Shown: positions 63,391 through 64,000 of the stretch, in pieces
Numbering within the stretch: position 1 is the first letter of the stretch
How the letters are laid out: each line of letters starts with the position of its first letter
Source of the DNA: an uncultured Clostridium sp.
Lineage (GTDB): Bacteria > Bacillota > Clostridia > TANB77 > CAG-508
DNA length: 64,000 nt
Direction of reading: 5' to 3'
Assembly (NCBI GenBank): GCA_964369695.1
Contig: CAYJGL010000001.1
Coordinates: 123,450-187,449 of the forward strand
Translations under genes and position numbers: made by a program
The notes under the pieces: model-generated
Databases searched by the model: none
Told to the model about the DNA's origin: nothing
What the model saw: only the letters and a program-made list of their open reading frames with translations

Positions 63391-63942
63391 ATGAAAACAT
63401 TGGATTTTGAAAATAAAAGATCTTCTACTCTTGAAATATTTGAACATATTAGTTTAAATATAATAAATAATAATGGTATTAATCTAAATTTATTTGAAGA
63501 AATAAAATATTCAAAAGGAACAACCAATTGGTTTATTATCGATTTTAAAACAAAGAGATTATATGAAAAACAAATATTATTAAATTATCATTTTAATGCA
63601 TTAAAACCAAGCATTGCATTATACAATATAAAAGTAATATATAAAAATCACAGTTTATATAAAATTAAAAGATTATTATTTCAAAAAGAATGGGATATAA
63701 TAGATTATGCAGAACATCACTTTAATGCATATTCTAGATTAATATCATTAACACCTCTAGAAAGTATGGTTACACCATCATTTAAATTTAAACAAAATAT
63801 CAACGGAATACAAAAAACAGTATATTATGAAAACCCAGACAATGCATTGGAACTAACTATGGAAAACATAAATCTTATTTTAATAGAATTATTAAAACAA
63901 TACAATCCTATAGAATATGAAATTTTAAAATTATCAAATTAA
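63391..63942 (+). CDS. Tandem paralog family member M
   Basis: NLNLFEEIK. C-terminus ...LIELLKQYNPIEYEILKLSN. Confidence 0.7.
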   Translation: MKTLDFENKRSSTLEIFEHISLNIINNNGINLNLFEEIKYSKGTTNWFIIDFKTKRLYEKQILLNYHFNALKPSIALYNIKVIYKNHSLYKIKRLLFQKEWDIIDYAEHHFNAYSRLISLTPLESMVTPSFKFKQNINGIQKTVYYENPDNALELTMENINLILIELLKQYNPIEYEILKLSN

Positions 63943-63959
63943 ATAATTAAGATAAACAT

Positions 63960-64000
63960 ATGAAACTAATTTATACGTATAATATAATCCAATTATTACT
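63960..64000 (+). CDS. Start of a further ORF (MKLIYTYNIIQLL...), probably the next array member; truncated by window edge
   Basis: ATG at 63960, open to the window end, with the same spacing as the preceding array genes. Confidence 0.4.
   Translation, partial: MKLIYTYNIIQLL

Noticed and set aside
1-64000. Stop-codon reassignment, as seen in some very AT-rich megaphages.
   Set aside because: Under the standard code the ORFs tile the window almost gap-free, with intact conserved domains (helicase, RecA, PurA-like, HldD-like). There are no obviously split genes, and TAA/TGA/TAG all terminate ORFs at sensible boundaries.
1-64000. Eukaryotic giant-virus origin, suggested by the AT-richness, paralog arrays, an A20-like Cys pattern in 15683-16189 and EF-hand loops.
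   Set aside because: The window has consistent Shine-Dalgarno sequences, ATGA/TAATG start-stop overlaps, rho-independent terminators, and baseplate J / PAAR / GH108 / T4 gp19-family genes. These point to a tailed bacteriophage.
1-64000. Prophage boundaries or mobile elements (integrase, transposase, att sites, IS ends).
   Set aside because: No recombinase or transposase motifs and no terminal inverted repeats were found. The only endonuclease-like gene (39649-40035) is a small free-standing PD-(D/E)XK-type ORF without flanking repeats.

Overview
Very AT-rich window (about one quarter G+C by eye) and gene-dense. Genes have Shine-Dalgarno sites (AGGAG/AAGGA 5-10 nt before starts) and many 1-17 nt start/stop overlaps. 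The strongest hairpin+T-run terminators sit at the strand switches. It reads as a segment of a large (jumbo-type) contractile-tailed phage genome, not cellular DNA.

Layout:
- 1-26340, minus strand: baseplate J-like, tail-tube-family protein, M48 peptidase, Cas4-like nuclease, RecA/UvsX-like recombinase, MreB-like actin cassette, two giant discoidin-repeat fibre genes.
- 26476-26863, plus strand: a small GC-rich island.
- 26917-50752, minus strand: M15 peptidase, PKD-repeat protein, PAAR tip, EF-hand-loop family, APS-kinase-like gene plus a glycosyltransferase/methyltransferase cluster, GH108 lysin, HldD-like epimerase, PurA/PurZ-like synthetase, 1257-aa repeat protein.
- 50839-52769, plus strand: DinG/XPD helicase and a small membrane protein.
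- 52812-55696, minus strand: a short block of hypothetical genes.
- 55774-55977, plus strand: a GC-richer ORF/RNA packed with hairpins.
- 56030-56724, minus strand: two tagged genes.
- 56863-57660, plus strand: a 265-aa gene of unknown function.
- 57710 to the right edge, plus strand: a tandem array of at least 14 small paralogous genes, interrupted by a Doc/Fic-type toxin gene.

No rRNA, tRNA, CRISPR array, integrase or transposase was seen.

Most striking signals:
1. Ten unrelated ORFs (an eleventh more weakly) begin with the same N-terminal tag M-x-I-N-x-L-V-[YF]-E-S-[FLI]. It looks like a capsid-targeting/propeptide label for ejected cargo.
2. The paralog array with a conserved C-terminal YNPIEYEILKL motif and an embedded orphan Doc.
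3. Two GC-rich plus-strand morons, one carrying four strong hairpins.
4. A PurA/PurZ-like gene.
5. An MreB-like cassette.
6. A recurrent ATATAGATATAA promoter-like motif at transcription-unit starts.

All functional calls rest on motif recognition by eye; no searches were run. For hypothetical proteins, the confidence value is the confidence that the ORF is a real gene. Several starts were moved from the supplied track, where the track used TTG/GTG or upstream extensions.
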